From: Deltaproteobacteria bacterium CG11_big_fil_rev_8_21_14_0_20_47_16
GTDB taxonomy: Bacteria > UBA10199 > GCA-002796325 > 1-14-0-20-47-16
Length of the DNA stretch: 64,000 nucleotides
Direction of reading: 5' to 3'
Assembly: GCA_002796325.1 (NCBI GenBank)
Contig: PCXA01000001.1
Location: 260,838 to 324,837, forward strand
Each line of letters begins with the position of its first letter. The first letter of the stretch is position 1. This document shows positions 37,319-47,446 of this stretch, one piece after another. A model generated the notes under the pieces. That model saw only the letters and a list, made by a program, of their open reading frames with translations. It did not search any database and was not told where the DNA came from. Position numbers and translations under genes: made by a program.

Positions 37319-40300
37319 TTACCAAGTTATATTAACAAAGTTAGAAATGTATTCAGCATCACCATCAGGCAAAAACCCAAGTACCCATAGAGATCCATCA
37401 TTCTTGATGAATGAGCTGAGTCCAACACTACTCACGTTGCTCAAGTATCCCGAACCTTCTGGGTTTGGAATCAACTGAGGATCCCAAATCGCAATTGTAT
37501 TGCCAATCCCCAATTCACCAATGGCGTTGCTACCCCAAGTCCAGGCCTGACCATCATTCGTTAGTGCCAAGTAACTGCGTCCGCTGTCACAACCCAGTTG
37601 AACGGCATTGGTGATCTGGTGAACTGGCATGATGATGTTGAGTGGGTTTGCAGTTGATGAAACACCCAAGGGTTGGATGGAAGCGTTGACACCCCAGCCC
37701 AGAACAGTACCATTGCTCAAAAGTACTAATGTATCTGCAGCACCTGTACAGGTATCAATTGCTGTATCAATAGTGCCACCATCATAGCTTGTAATCTGGG
37801 TGGGCTTATTGACGTGGTTTGTATTAGCGAGATTGCCTGCACGATATGCGGAGTTGTTGCCCCAACCAAATAGGGTGCCAGATTCTGTGATGACCATATA
37901 TTGTGCAGAGCCACTGGAGATCTTTTTAACATTGGTGGGCAGGTCAGGTATGAGTGTGGGCGTCGCTGTGCTTGTGAAAGAACCAATGCCCAATTGACCG
38001 TCGCCGTTATATCCGGCTGCATAGCCTGTTGTCACACTGGTCGCAGGATCCTTTTTGATAAATACAGAACTTTCAAAGCCAGCCGATATGGATGTCACAC
38101 CTGACATTTCTCCAGAGCCGCTGGGGTCGATGACTTTCACAGGGTCACAAGTCGGTGTGGAAGATGCGCTGCCGTTACCCAGTTGGCCAGAAGAATTTTT
38201 CCCCCATGCCCACACCGTTCCATCGTCTGCCAGTGCTAGAGAATGGAAACCGCCGCGCGAAATGGCGACAATGTTTTTCAATTTTGTGGGCGCAACTTGT
38301 ACTGGTGAATTGAAGAGAAGCTTCGTGCCAGATTTGTCAGACATTCCCATTTCACATTGATAGTTGCTGCCCCATGCCCACACCGTTCCATCGTCTGCCA
38401 AAAGCAGGTAGCTGTTTTTCCCAGCGTATCCGGTGTTGGCCAATGAGACGCTAATGGCGGCTGCAGGGGGCACTGAAAGCATGTGATAGGGGTTGTAAGT
38501 TGCAAATGAAGCACTGCCATTGCCAAGTTGACCATTCAAATTGTATCCGGCGGTGATAATGCTGCCGTCCGTTTTAAGAATGGCCGTTCCTTGTGCAGAG
38601 CCGACGACAGATGCAATGTCTTTAATGGCACCCATTTTGAGCGGGGACTTCTGGACCGCATTAGCATTGGTGTTGGCAATGCCCAACTGACCAAAGCTAT
38701 CATCTCCCCACATCCATAGGTTGCCATCTGCCTTGATTGTATAGATCTGACGTGAATAACTACCCATGAATGCCTTAACGACATTTTCCATGGCCAAATA
38801 GGGTGTATTTGTAAAGCTGCTGCCAGAGCCAACCGATAGAGATTGATTGCCCGTTTGCCCATATCGATTATCTCCCCACGTGTAGAGTTTTCTATCGTTG
38901 GTCAATGCAGCAAATGTATTGCTGCCGGAAATAATCGTTTTGATGTCAGTCAGAGGGTTTCCCGATACCATTAACTGAACCGGGAGGCTGCGAATTGTTG
39001 TGGTACCATCACCAATTTGTCCTGAGTTATTGTTGCCCCACAACCATGCAGTGGTTGTGGTTGGATCCTGTGGGTCTGTTTGTGTAAGGACAATTGCTGT
39101 GCCAACACCCGCTGCAATTTGTTTGATGGTACCACTCAGGCCCTGTACTTGTACGGGTGTTGGATTGGGGTTAACGCTCGATGTGGTGCCATTGCCCAGG
39201 TTCCCCTGCAAATTTAGGCCCCACGCCCAGAGTGTGCCATCGGATTTAAGTGCATAGACTGTATATGAGGCTGCTGCAATTTGAGCGACATCGCTTATTG
39301 TAGTAATTTGCGTTGGTACCAACCGAAGGCTATTAGAGCCATCTCCCTGTTGGCCGAATCGATTATCTCCCCATCCCCACACAGTGCCATCATTTTTAAG
39401 AGCGAAAGTGGATGTTGCACCCTGTGCAACATCTTTGACATCGCTGATGTTGATTCGAACAGGGAGGCTGCGAATTGTTGTGGTACCATCACCAATTTGA
39501 CCAGAATGATTTTTGCCCCATCCCCAGAGCGTTCCATTTTCTTTGAGTGCATAGAAGGTGTAAGGCCCAGTAATGACTTGAACCACTTTTGAACTATTTG
39601 TCTTGAATGTGTAGGAATAATTGTGCGTCATGGCGTTGCCAGCACTGTCTTTGATGCCTGTCGTTGCGACAACCAAATACGCTTCACTATCCAATAGTGA
39701 ACTGTCTGGCGTAAAGGTAATGCTGGTGCCGCTGACGTCTAATGCGATGCTACCGCTTACGCTGTTGCCAAGGCTGTCTGTAACGGTCAATGTTTGTGTG
39801 TTGGCGGTATCTGCCGCAATCGCCTCGCTGAATTGAATTTGGATGGTTGATGTAAGTGGTGTGGCCGCATTGCCAAGTGCGGGTGATGTACTCGTTACAT
39901 AAGGTGGTGTTAAATCCGTTGTGCTCGGGATGGGATTCCCAATGACGAAGCTCCATATATAGGGTGCCGCCAATGCGTTTCCAGCAAGATCGGTTACGGT
40001 TGCTTTAAGTGAAGCGGTATATATTTCAGCCTGCTTTAATGATGATGTGGGTGTGAAAATAATATTAAGTTGCAGTGCATCCAGGCTCACCGTGCCGGCA
40101 ATGGCGGCACCTGCGCTGTCGACAACTGAAATGCTGTCGGTCGCAATTGAATTGATATCCATGGATTCACTAAATTGAACCGAAATGGAGGAACTTGCGA
40201 GTGCGCCCTTGCTTCCGAGGGTAGGGGTGGTGGAGGTAATGTAGGGTGCCACCTTGTCGCTTTTATTGGAAGTGGATGCGGTGTTTGAAGAGTTACCGCT

Positions 40301-40435
40301 ATTGCCTGTACTGTCTGTGGTGCTCAATGGAGTATCAGACGCGCCGTCCGCGCCAGAAGGGGAAGAGGAGCACCCACAGAAGAGGAGTGCTGTACAGAGG
40401 CCGAGTGTGATGGAGTTTTGTATAATTTTAAACAT
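37319..40435 (-). CDS. large lipoprotein with Ig-like (Big) domains and RCC1/alpha-tubulin-suppressor-like beta-propeller repeats
   Basis: Lipobox LLFCGC, Ser/Thr linker, Ig-like repeats (SESMD..., IQFSEAI...), and more than ten WGxNxxGQLG repeats. Confidence 0.8.
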   Translation of the reverse strand: MFKIIQNSITLGLCTALLFCGCSSSPSGADGASDTPLSTTDSTGNSGNSSNTASTSNKSDKVAPYITSTTPTLGSKGALASSSISVQFSESMDINSIATDSISVVDSAGAAIAGTVSLDALQLNIIFTPTSSLKQAEIYTASLKATVTDLAGNALAAPYIWSFVIGNPIPSTTDLTPPYVTSTSPALGNAATPLTSTIQIQFSEAIAADTANTQTLTVTDSLGNSVSGSIALDVSGTSITFTPDSSLLDSEAYLVVATTGIKDSAGNAMTHNYSYTFKTNSSKVVQVITGPYTFYALKENGTLWGWGKNHSGQIGDGTTTIRSLPVRINISDVKDVAQGATSTFALKNDGTVWGWGDNRFGQQGDGSNSLRLVPTQITTISDVAQIAAASYTVYALKSDGTLWAWGLNLQGNLGNGTTSSVNPNPTPVQVQGLSGTIKQIAAGVGTAIVLTQTDPQDPTTTTAWLWGNNNSGQIGDGTTTIRSLPVQLMVSGNPLTDIKTIISGSNTFAALTNDRKLYTWGDNRYGQTGNQSLSVGSGSSFTNTPYLAMENVVKAFMGSYSRQIYTIKADGNLWMWGDDSFGQLGIANTNANAVQKSPLKMGAIKDIASVVGSAQGTAILKTDGSIITAGYNLNGQLGNGSASFATYNPYHMLSVPPAAAISVSLANTGYAGKNSYLLLADDGTVWAWGSNYQCEMGMSDKSGTKLLFNSPVQVAPTKLKNIVAISRGGFHSLALADDGTVWAWGKNSSGQLGNGSASSTPTCDPVKVIDPSGSGEMSGVTSISAGFESSVFIKKDPATSVTTGYAAGYNGDGQLGIGSFTSTATPTLIPDLPTNVKKISSGSAQYMVITESGTLFGWGNNSAYRAGNLANTNHVNKPTQITSYDGGTIDTAIDTCTGAADTLVLLSNGTVLGWGVNASIQPLGVSSTANPLNIIMPVHQITNAVQLGCDSGRSYLALTNDGQAWTWGSNAIGELGIGNTIAIWDPQLIPNPEGSGYLSNVSSVGLSSFIKNDGSLWVLGFLPDGDAEYISNFVNITW

Positions 40436-40595
40436 ACCTATATAGGCGTAAGCAAATTAGGTGCCATGACGTCAAGGATGTAAATGAAAAAACGCCTTGT
40501 TTTTTGAGTGCTTACATTAATCTAAATAAACCATTTTACAGTCGTTTTGAGAATAACGGGTATTTGAGTGGATTTCAGGGTGTTTTTCACCCATT

Positions 40596-41198
40596 TTAGT
40601 CGCGTTTGAGGCTAAATCGCTCGGTGGTTCGACAGTAATCTAAGCCCCCCATGCGGCCAATAGCATCCAATAGGTCAGAGTCCACCTTACCCTCTTTCAG
40701 AATGGAATCACTGAGGTGCATGGCCACAATTTCACCAATCACAATGTTGCCGGCGCTGGGGCCCTCTGCCAGGTGAATCACTTTGAGCACTTTACACTCC
40801 AAAGCAGCAGGTGCATTTTTGACGCGGGGTGGTTGAACGACGTGACTTTTTTCAGATGCAATGCCCACTTCTGAAAATTCACTCACTTCCGCTGGGAAGT
40901 GATGTGCACTGCCGATCATTTTTTGTCGCTGCGCAAATGACACCACGTTGCAGACATATTCCCCTGTTTCCATCGCGTTGCGTAGAGAGTCTTTGTAGCT
41001 ACCGTCTTCGTGATTGGCTGGGCAAAATAAATGTGCTGGTGGGCGAGATGAAACGGCGTTGGCAAAGCTGTACGGTGCCAAGTTGGTGACGCCATCTTTT
41101 GAAATGGTGGAGACCCATGCAATGGGACGTGGCACAATGATGCGTAAGAGATGTTTGTAGAAGTCGCCGATGTCTTTCGGGTCGGGCGTTAAGATCAT
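40596..41198 (-). CDS. flavin reductase-like (FMN-binding split barrel) protein
   Basis: VPRPIAWVST...TNLAPYSF pattern. Confidence 0.75.
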   Translation of the reverse strand: MILTPDPKDIGDFYKHLLRIIVPRPIAWVSTISKDGVTNLAPYSFANAVSSRPPAHLFCPANHEDGSYKDSLRNAMETGEYVCNVVSFAQRQKMIGSAHHFPAEVSEFSEVGIASEKSHVVQPPRVKNAPAALECKVLKVIHLAEGPSAGNIVIGEIVAMHLSDSILKEGKVDSDLLDAIGRMGGLDYCRTTERFSLKRD

Positions 41199-41200
41199 GG

Positions 41201-42292
41201 TTAAATCCCAAATGAGGTACCCACAGCCATGGCGGCACGGACCTCATCCCCTTTGGGGCTTACGCGGTGAAGTTTATGAACCGCTTGCGCCAATGGAATC
41301 GTGATGATGTTGCCATGCTGCACTGCCACCATGCGTCCTGATTGTCCGGAAGCCAGTGTTTCAACTGCTTTGACGCCAAATTGTGTGGCAATCCATCGAT
41401 CAAATGCAGTGGGGGTGCCGCCACGTTGGAGATGCCCTAGAACAGTAACGCGACTTTCATAACCTGCAGTTTCCAGTTGGTTGGCCACATATTTTCCAAT
41501 ACCACCCAGGCGGATGGGGTCCGGTGACTTTTTGTCGATATGATCCACAACCATCTTTCCTTTTTTGGGATGCGCACCTTCGGCAACCACCACAATACTG
41601 AAGCGACGATTATGGTGGAGACGTCGCTCGATGGTCGCAGCGACACATTTGGGATCATACGGAATTTCCGGAATTAAAATCACATCACCGCCGCCCGCAA
41701 TGCCAGAGCGCAGCGCAATCCAACCCGCATAACGGCCCATGACTTCGACTACCATGACCCGGTGATGGGCTTCGGCTGTTGTGTGCAGACGATCGATTGA
41801 GTCGGTGGCAATGGTGAGTGCAGAATTAAATCCAATGGTGACATCAGTGCCACGTAAATCGTTATCAATTGTTTTGGGAATGGCAACGACAGGTACACCC
41901 AGCTTGTGAAGTTTTGCAGCAGATGTAAGTGTTCCATCGCCGCCAATGATCACCAGGCCATCCAGGCCGTGGCGTTTGATGGTTTGTAGCAAGTCTTTCA
42001 CATGGTTGCTGGTCTTTTTGCTGTTGTGAAGATGGTAGTGAAAGGGGTCGGCACGATTGGATGTGCCCAGCATTGTGCCTCCGCGCGAAATGATGCCTGA
42101 GACGCGATCTGATGTGAGCGGTGTCCAGCGATCTTCTACAAGGCCTTCGTAGCCATCTAAAAAGCCAAACACCTCCCATCGATGTTCGTTGATAGCCGCC
42201 CGTGTCACTGCGCGGATGGCAGCGTTGAGTCCTGGGCAGTCGCCGCCACCGGTGATGAGTCCAATGCGTTGAATTTTATGTTTGCGAGTCAT
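41201..42292 (-). CDS. pfkA: 6-phosphofructokinase
   Basis: GLITGGGDCPGLNAAIRAV and IIGGDGT motifs. Confidence 0.9.
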   Translation of the reverse strand: MTRKHKIQRIGLITGGGDCPGLNAAIRAVTRAAINEHRWEVFGFLDGYEGLVEDRWTPLTSDRVSGIISRGGTMLGTSNRADPFHYHLHNSKKTSNHVKDLLQTIKRHGLDGLVIIGGDGTLTSAAKLHKLGVPVVAIPKTIDNDLRGTDVTIGFNSALTIATDSIDRLHTTAEAHHRVMVVEVMGRYAGWIALRSGIAGGGDVILIPEIPYDPKCVAATIERRLHHNRRFSIVVVAEGAHPKKGKMVVDHIDKKSPDPIRLGGIGKYVANQLETAGYESRVTVLGHLQRGGTPTAFDRWIATQFGVKAVETLASGQSGRMVAVQHGNIITIPLAQAVHKLHRVSPKGDEVRAAMAVGTSFGI

Positions 42293-42298
42293 AGAGTT

Positions 42299-43432
42299 TT
42301 ATAGCGCAGGTGCGCCCCAATGTTCAGGATTGAGATGTTCTAGTTCTGGTACAACAAACTGGCCATCTTTGCGAATCAACTTATCATCGAAGTAAAGCTC
42401 ACCACCGCCATAATCTTTGCGTTGGATTAATACAAGATCCCAGTGAACAGCGGAGTCGTTGCCGTTGGATGCGTCGTCGTAACATTTGCCGGGTGTGAAA
42501 TGGATGCTGCCGGCAATTTTTTCATCAAACAAGATGTCCTTCATGGGTTTGCGAATCCATGGATGGAATCCAATCGCAAACTCACCCACGTAACGTGCGC
42601 CCTCATCGGTATCGAAGATTTTGTTAAGCGCATCATTATCACCATCGCATTTGGCTTCTACAATTTTGCCATCACGGAATGTGAGGCAGACATTGTTGTA
42701 AAGTCCACCCATGTAAGGTGATGGTGTGTTGTATTGAATGGTGCCATTAACAGAGTTGCGAACTGGTGCTGTAAATACTTCGCCATCTGGAATGTTTACT
42801 TTTCCATCGCACGGAATTGCAGGGATTCCCTTAATTGAAAAACGCAAGTCAGTGCCAGGCGCGGTAATGCGAACCGTGTCTGTTTTTTCCATTAAATCCT
42901 TTAATGGGCGCATTGCTTTTTGGAACGCTTTGTAATCCAAAAGACAGGTTTTAAAATAAAAGTCAGTGAATGCTTCAACTGAAGTTTCGGCGAGTTGCGC
43001 CATGGAGTTGTTGGGGTAGCGCATGATGCACCAACGGGTTTTTTTGACCCGCTGTTCCATGTGAACCGGTGTCATGTAATGTTGCATGTACCACTTGCGA
43101 CGTTCAGCGGGGACATCATTCATTTCAAAAATATTGTCTTGGCCTCGAATCGCAACATAGGCTTGTACACGCGCCATTTCTTCGCGATGCAATTTGCCCA
43201 ACTCAATCATTTGCTGTTCTGTGCCGTTTAATAAAATTTGCCGCATGAAGCTGTCTTCATTGTGCCACCACACGGGTGTAGCACCAATTTTTGCGGCCCC
43301 GCCAATGAGTGCGGATACGAGAGGTTGGGGTGCATCACCTGCCCAGTGAATCATGAAGCGTTCGCCAGGTTTGAGTTCGATGGAATAGTTGAGAATTAAA
43401 TCAGCTAACTGTTGCACGTGTGGATTTGTCAT
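42299..43432 (-). CDS. M29 family aminopeptidase (AmpS/PepS-like)
   Basis: Length and conserved blocks of thermophilic metalloprotease M29. Confidence 0.8.
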   Translation of the reverse strand: MTNPHVQQLADLILNYSIELKPGERFMIHWAGDAPQPLVSALIGGAAKIGATPVWWHNEDSFMRQILLNGTEQQMIELGKLHREEMARVQAYVAIRGQDNIFEMNDVPAERRKWYMQHYMTPVHMEQRVKKTRWCIMRYPNNSMAQLAETSVEAFTDFYFKTCLLDYKAFQKAMRPLKDLMEKTDTVRITAPGTDLRFSIKGIPAIPCDGKVNIPDGEVFTAPVRNSVNGTIQYNTPSPYMGGLYNNVCLTFRDGKIVEAKCDGDNDALNKIFDTDEGARYVGEFAIGFHPWIRKPMKDILFDEKIAGSIHFTPGKCYDDASNGNDSAVHWDLVLIQRKDYGGGELYFDDKLIRKDGQFVVPELEHLNPEHWGAPAL

Positions 43433-43441
43433 GCCCCAGCT

Positions 43442-44038
43442 CTACTTTTGCTCGGGGAGTGATGCAAGGTATTTTGCGCGCAGTCGTTTGAAATGCGCAG
43501 TGCTGGTGTGAATGCGTTTGTGTCGTAGTTTGATCAGATAGTTTTGTACGGCCCAGATATTCCCTTTGGCGAATCGCCAGTCGGTGCGTGGGATGTCATC
43601 GAGACTTGCGGTCCCATAACCGGTGATGCGTCCTGTTTTATCAATGAACGGCGTATAGTAACTCATGACCAAGTGATACAAACTGCGGTAGCGTGCCGGG
43701 CGCCCATAGAGACCTGTGCAGCGGGAAAAACCGATAGTGCCGTAGCGGCCATTTTTCTTATAAAGGAAGAGCACATGATCCAGGTGGTCCTTTGAGGTAA
43801 TATCCAAAACCGTTGGCGGATAGCCGTGCTCGCCTAAGATAGTGGCCGCAATAAAGACAGCTTCGAGGCAGTGGGCGCTTTGGTGTTTGAGGGATTGGCG
43901 AAAAGAACGGAGCGTTTCGCCGCGGGATTCCTTGTTATAGCGAAAATGGGAAATAATGAATTTCTGGACCTGCGCGGGTGTCTTAAGGTGACGGATTAGG
44001 CGTTTTTCGGTGGGGGTAAAGGGGTGGTTAAACCGCAT
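43442..44038 (-). CDS. hypothetical protein (possible Cys/His hydrolase fold)
   Basis: ORF only. Conserved-looking SAHCLEAVFIAATIL. Translationally coupled to the upstream small ORF. Confidence 0.45.
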   Translation of the reverse strand: MRFNHPFTPTEKRLIRHLKTPAQVQKFIISHFRYNKESRGETLRSFRQSLKHQSAHCLEAVFIAATILGEHGYPPTVLDITSKDHLDHVLFLYKKNGRYGTIGFSRCTGLYGRPARYRSLYHLVMSYYTPFIDKTGRITGYGTASLDDIPRTDWRFAKGNIWAVQNYLIKLRHKRIHTSTAHFKRLRAKYLASLPEQK

Positions 44039-44041
44039 GGC

Positions 44042-44221
44042 TTAGGCCACTTGAATCTCAATAACTGTCGGGGGTTCACTTTTTGAACTATCTGATTTTT
44101 CAGGAGATTTTCTTGGTTTTTCGGAGTGTGGCAGGTCCCGAATGGCCGGTAGCCGTTCCCCTTCGGGCTGGGTCTTTTCTTGGCGCTTATCCTGGATCTT
44201 TTTAATCATGCTTGGATCCAT
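44042..44221 (-). CDS. small Lys/Glu-rich protein (59 aa)
   Basis: RBS GGAGGGG 5 nt upstream, a sigma-28-like motif upstream, and stop-start coupling to the downstream gene. No homology recognised. Confidence 0.35.
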   Translation of the reverse strand: MDPSMIKKIQDKRQEKTQPEGERLPAIRDLPHSEKPRKSPEKSDSSKSEPPTVIEIQVA

Positions 44222-44252
44222 AACCCCTCCAAGTCTCTAGTTTCTATTATTA

Positions 44253-44280
44253 TTATCGGCAAAACAACTGAAAAGTTGCT
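44253..44280 (-). promoter_or_regulatory. sigma-28-like motif AAGCAACTTTT-N10-GCCGATAA
   Basis: Exact GCCGATAA box, 32 nt upstream of the ATG at 44221. Confidence 0.5.
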
Positions 44281-44333
44281 TGGGGGCTATTTAATTTTGA
44301 GGATGTTGGCAGATCGTTTGCGAACATCTCTGG

Positions 44334-44891
44334 TTACTTCCTACAAAAGTTGCCTTCCTTTTGACCAGCGGGAATTTCGCGTGATGGGGCTTTGTCTGCA
44401 AAAGCCTGCTTAGGATTGTGAAAGGGAAGTTCTGTTGCATCAAGATCGGTAGCCCTTAAGCGTTCGCTAACTGTTCTGCATATGATGTTGCCACTTGCAT
44501 CATACTCGATAGTTGCTCCGTCTTCATTGCCATGCACATCATTGATCTTTATGTAAAGTGATCGCAGCTCTCCATGTTCATCATAGTAACCTGTTTTACG
44601 CTCAGCATGATCGTCGGAACCCCCTTCGCTCGTATAAACGCGTGGATGTCCTGCCGAATCGCTCCACAATGTGCGGGTTGTTTCCTGTGGCTGTTCATAA
44701 CAGAATTGTCGTTGCTCTTGGCTTAACGCATGCTTACGCATCGCAGCTTGGAGTTGTTTCACTAGTGTTTGGTTAGTCTTTATGGTTGAGCTGCCACGCA
44801 AGGAAGCGCATGATGGAAGTGGTTTGTCATTTGCCCAAAGAGAAGTGCTTACTAGTATCAATATAATAAGGATTGTGTTTTTCATCATAGT
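44334..44891 (-). CDS. secreted hypothetical protein
   Basis: RBS AAGGAG and signal peptide MMKNTILIILILVSTSLWA. The longer ORF extension is not supported. Confidence 0.55.
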   Translation of the reverse strand, partial: TMMKNTILIILILVSTSLWANDKPLPSCASLRGSSTIKTNQTLVKQLQAAMRKHALSQEQRQFCYEQPQETTRTLWSDSAGHPRVYTSEGGSDDHAERKTGYYDEHGELRSLYIKINDVHGNEDGATIEYDASGNIICRTVSERLRATDLDATELPFHNPKQAFADKAPSREIPAGQKEGNFCRK

Positions 44892-45011
44892 TGTACTCCT
44901 TGGGGTGCTAGGCAAAGGCCAAAGAGAAGGTAATGATACTACATAATAACCAGAGAATAAATAGGCGAATCCCGTACAAAATTGCCACGCAATGCGACGC
45001 AACAGGATTTT

Positions 45012-45064
45012 TATCCCCCAAATAACAGAAACGGGAAACCAAATGGCTTCCCGTTTCTGTTATG
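45012..45064. repeat. 53-bp hairpin repeat, copy 1 (atcccccaaataacagaaacgggaaaccaaaTggcttcccgtttctgttatgc)
   Basis: Matches copy 2 at 52/53 positions. Contains a 14-bp inverted repeat, aacagaaacgggaa / ttcccgtttctgtt. Confidence 0.8.
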
Positions 45065-45107
45065 CGGACGTTAGCGGATAATTTTCGAATCTATAATTGT
45101 GGCCCCT

Positions 45108-46046
45108 TCATAACGTCGCCCGACCTTCAATAATTGTGGGATATTCTAGAGTGGGTAACAGCTCAGCTCGCATTCGTGTGGTATCACCATAATAGGACAC
45201 TCGCCCAATATCGATAAAGTCTTTGGTAAGGGGGGCGCGGGTGTTGAAACACTTGGAAAACAATTCAAAAAAATTGGCAGCCATATAAATCAGGCCGAGT
45301 GGCATTTTCCACGGTGGTCGAACGCCCCACTGCTGGCAGGCAATTGATAGGAATTCTTGCAAGGTAATCTTGCCCTCGTCACCCAGGTGATAAATTCCAT
45401 GAATGTTCGGTTTTGAGATCGCGGCTGCTACTGCCCTGCAAAAGTCAATTTTGGATATCAGATGGATCTGAGTAGGTTGCCGCCACACGCCCAGCATATG
45501 GTGTTTGGCGAACCAGTGGGCCGCATCGACCATCAAAACACCCTTTCCATAGACCATGCCCACACGCAGGACAATTGAGCTTGGCATTTGCGATAGAAGG
45601 TATTTTTCCTCTGCGAGTCGGGTTTGCGCATGAACGGATATCGGATGGCCATCTAGTGTGCCCCTGGCCGGATGATCAAAGCTGGTAGGGCCTTCGACGT
45701 GGGGAAAACTGATCAGGATAATCTTTTTCACACCGCATTCTTTGGCAACATCCACCAGATTCTGAAAATATTTTACATTGGTCGTTGGTAAAAATGTTTC
45801 GGGATTGGCCTTAAAAAGTACGCCTGCAAAATGCACAATGGTATCTACCCCATCCACGGCATTGCGCAGTGTATTGGGTTGGGCAAGATCCGCCTTAACT
45901 ACCTCAGTTCGTCCATCGACTTTAAGTGTAGATAACACATCCTTCTGATGGACCATCAGCCGCAAAGGAACGTCCGAGTGTGTCAGTAAATGAGCCGCCA
46001 ACAGTGCCCCTAAATTGCCTGCAGCTCCAGTAATGAGTGTTGTCAT
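45108..46046 (-). CDS. NAD-dependent epimerase/dehydratase family protein
   Basis: MTTLITGAAGNLGALLAAHLL Rossmann motif and the extended SDR pattern. Confidence 0.8.
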   Translation of the reverse strand: MTTLITGAAGNLGALLAAHLLTHSDVPLRLMVHQKDVLSTLKVDGRTEVVKADLAQPNTLRNAVDGVDTIVHFAGVLFKANPETFLPTTNVKYFQNLVDVAKECGVKKIILISFPHVEGPTSFDHPARGTLDGHPISVHAQTRLAEEKYLLSQMPSSIVLRVGMVYGKGVLMVDAAHWFAKHHMLGVWRQPTQIHLISKIDFCRAVAAAISKPNIHGIYHLGDEGKITLQEFLSIACQQWGVRPPWKMPLGLIYMAANFFELFSKCFNTRAPLTKDFIDIGRVSYYGDTTRMRAELLPTLEYPTIIEGRATL

Positions 46047-46243
46047 GCTGAACCCTCTGTATATCAACATTAAATGACAGACAAGATGGATCCTTCACTT
46101 CCCTCCGGGTGTCATATCCTGATAACTCGCTTCCCACTTAAACTTTCTGTCTCAATAAACACAAAACCCCCGTCCTTGACTCACCAGAACGAGGGTTCTA
46201 CCCGTTGTGCGTTTGCGAATCTTGTTTCAGAACAAACGGTTTG

Positions 46244-47227
46244 TTAAAGTGTTGGACCGCCGATTTGATAGTGCAGAAAATACATCATAGAGCTCCAAGT
46301 TTCTTCCATCATGCGACATGTGGCTGCAATACTGGGTTGCGTTTGAATGCCCAGGTTTTGAGCAGTATAAGATGCCACTTCGCGGGTACGTTCGTGTTGA
46401 TCTTCTATGCCCTGTTGTAGAATCGCCGCTTGATCCTTCTTCTTTAGATAGTGGACTTGTTCCAAAACGCAAGCGCGCACGAAACCATTAGAATCATTCA
46501 TGCCACGTTGGGCGATAGCTAAGCGGTCTTCAGGTTTCAGGTACTTGAGTTGTCGAACTGCGGTGCTGCGAGTTGCCGCATTCTCAGAGTCTAGCCCTTG
46601 TTGCACGAATGCCCGTCGGTCTTCCAGTTTTAAGCAAAACGTTTGTGCTGCCGCCACTTCTGTAATTCTGCCATCCCAGCTGGCAGTGAATTTTGTGCCC
46701 TCTTCAAGAAATTCGAGGTGGTTCGCAATTGGCAAGTATTGCACTGCAGTTATTGCGGATATCATGAGTTCAACACTATAAGGATGATCAAACCGATTCT
46801 GGGTAACTGCTGCTTTATAATAGTCAAATATCTGTCGAATAACTGTGATGCGTTCTGTAATTGGTAAATATTGTATGTTCTGCCCAAGCATATAAAGATG
46901 ACTAGGGGTACAGAAAAGAAGTGCCGAATCGAGAGTGGATGAGTTTGCACAAATTGCTTCAGCTGGACGATCCTCGTGCTTAGCTATGCGAAATAATTGT
47001 TTGGCTTCAGCTTGCGAAAAGAGCTTTTGGAGTTGCGCCACGCTTGGCCACCGCTCACCTGTAAGGGCTGGCGATATTTCTTCATAAGTTAGAAAGCCGT
47101 CACCGTTTTTGTCGGCGACAAGGAGTGATTCCAGCCACGCCCGTTCATCGGCAGATATCAAAGGATTGTTGAGCCATTTCGCAGCGGAAGCAATATCTAC
47201 GCTATCACTATTAAGTGGTTTAACCAT
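46244..47227 (-). CDS. HEAT-repeat protein
   Basis: C-terminal HEAT/PBS-lyase-like repeats (DSENAATRSTAVRQL..., DSNGFVRACVLEQV...). Confidence 0.6.
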   Translation of the reverse strand: MVKPLNSDSVDIASAAKWLNNPLISADERAWLESLLVADKNGDGFLTYEEISPALTGERWPSVAQLQKLFSQAEAKQLFRIAKHEDRPAEAICANSSTLDSALLFCTPSHLYMLGQNIQYLPITERITVIRQIFDYYKAAVTQNRFDHPYSVELMISAITAVQYLPIANHLEFLEEGTKFTASWDGRITEVAAAQTFCLKLEDRRAFVQQGLDSENAATRSTAVRQLKYLKPEDRLAIAQRGMNDSNGFVRACVLEQVHYLKKKDQAAILQQGIEDQHERTREVASYTAQNLGIQTQPSIAATCRMMEETWSSMMYFLHYQIGGPTL

Positions 47228-47268
47228 AAGAACAGCCTCCTAGGGCGGTATTTGAACTACTCATAATG

Positions 47269-47296
47269 TTATCGGCTATCCATTAAAAAGGTTGCT
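47269..47296 (-). promoter_or_regulatory. sigma-28-like motif AGCAACCTTTTT-N-GCCGATAA
   Basis: Exact GCCGATAA box, 41 nt upstream of the ATG at 47227. Confidence 0.5.
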
Positions 47297-47446
47297 TATT
47301 ATTATTTTGCCAAGGCGTACCACCATCCTTGGTTCACCAGAGCGAGGAGGCTACCGCTTTTGTACGGTTCCGCCATTTATTCTAACGGCCTCCGCATGTG
47401 CTCTGGCACGCGGTCGAACCTGTGGGGTCTTTGACCTCAGGTTCTC

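Noticed and set aside
46071-46243. AAAGTTT-N11-GAGTTATC upstream of the epimerase gene as a seventh sigma-28-like site
   Set aside because: It has a -35-like box only. The downstream box does not match GCCGATAA.
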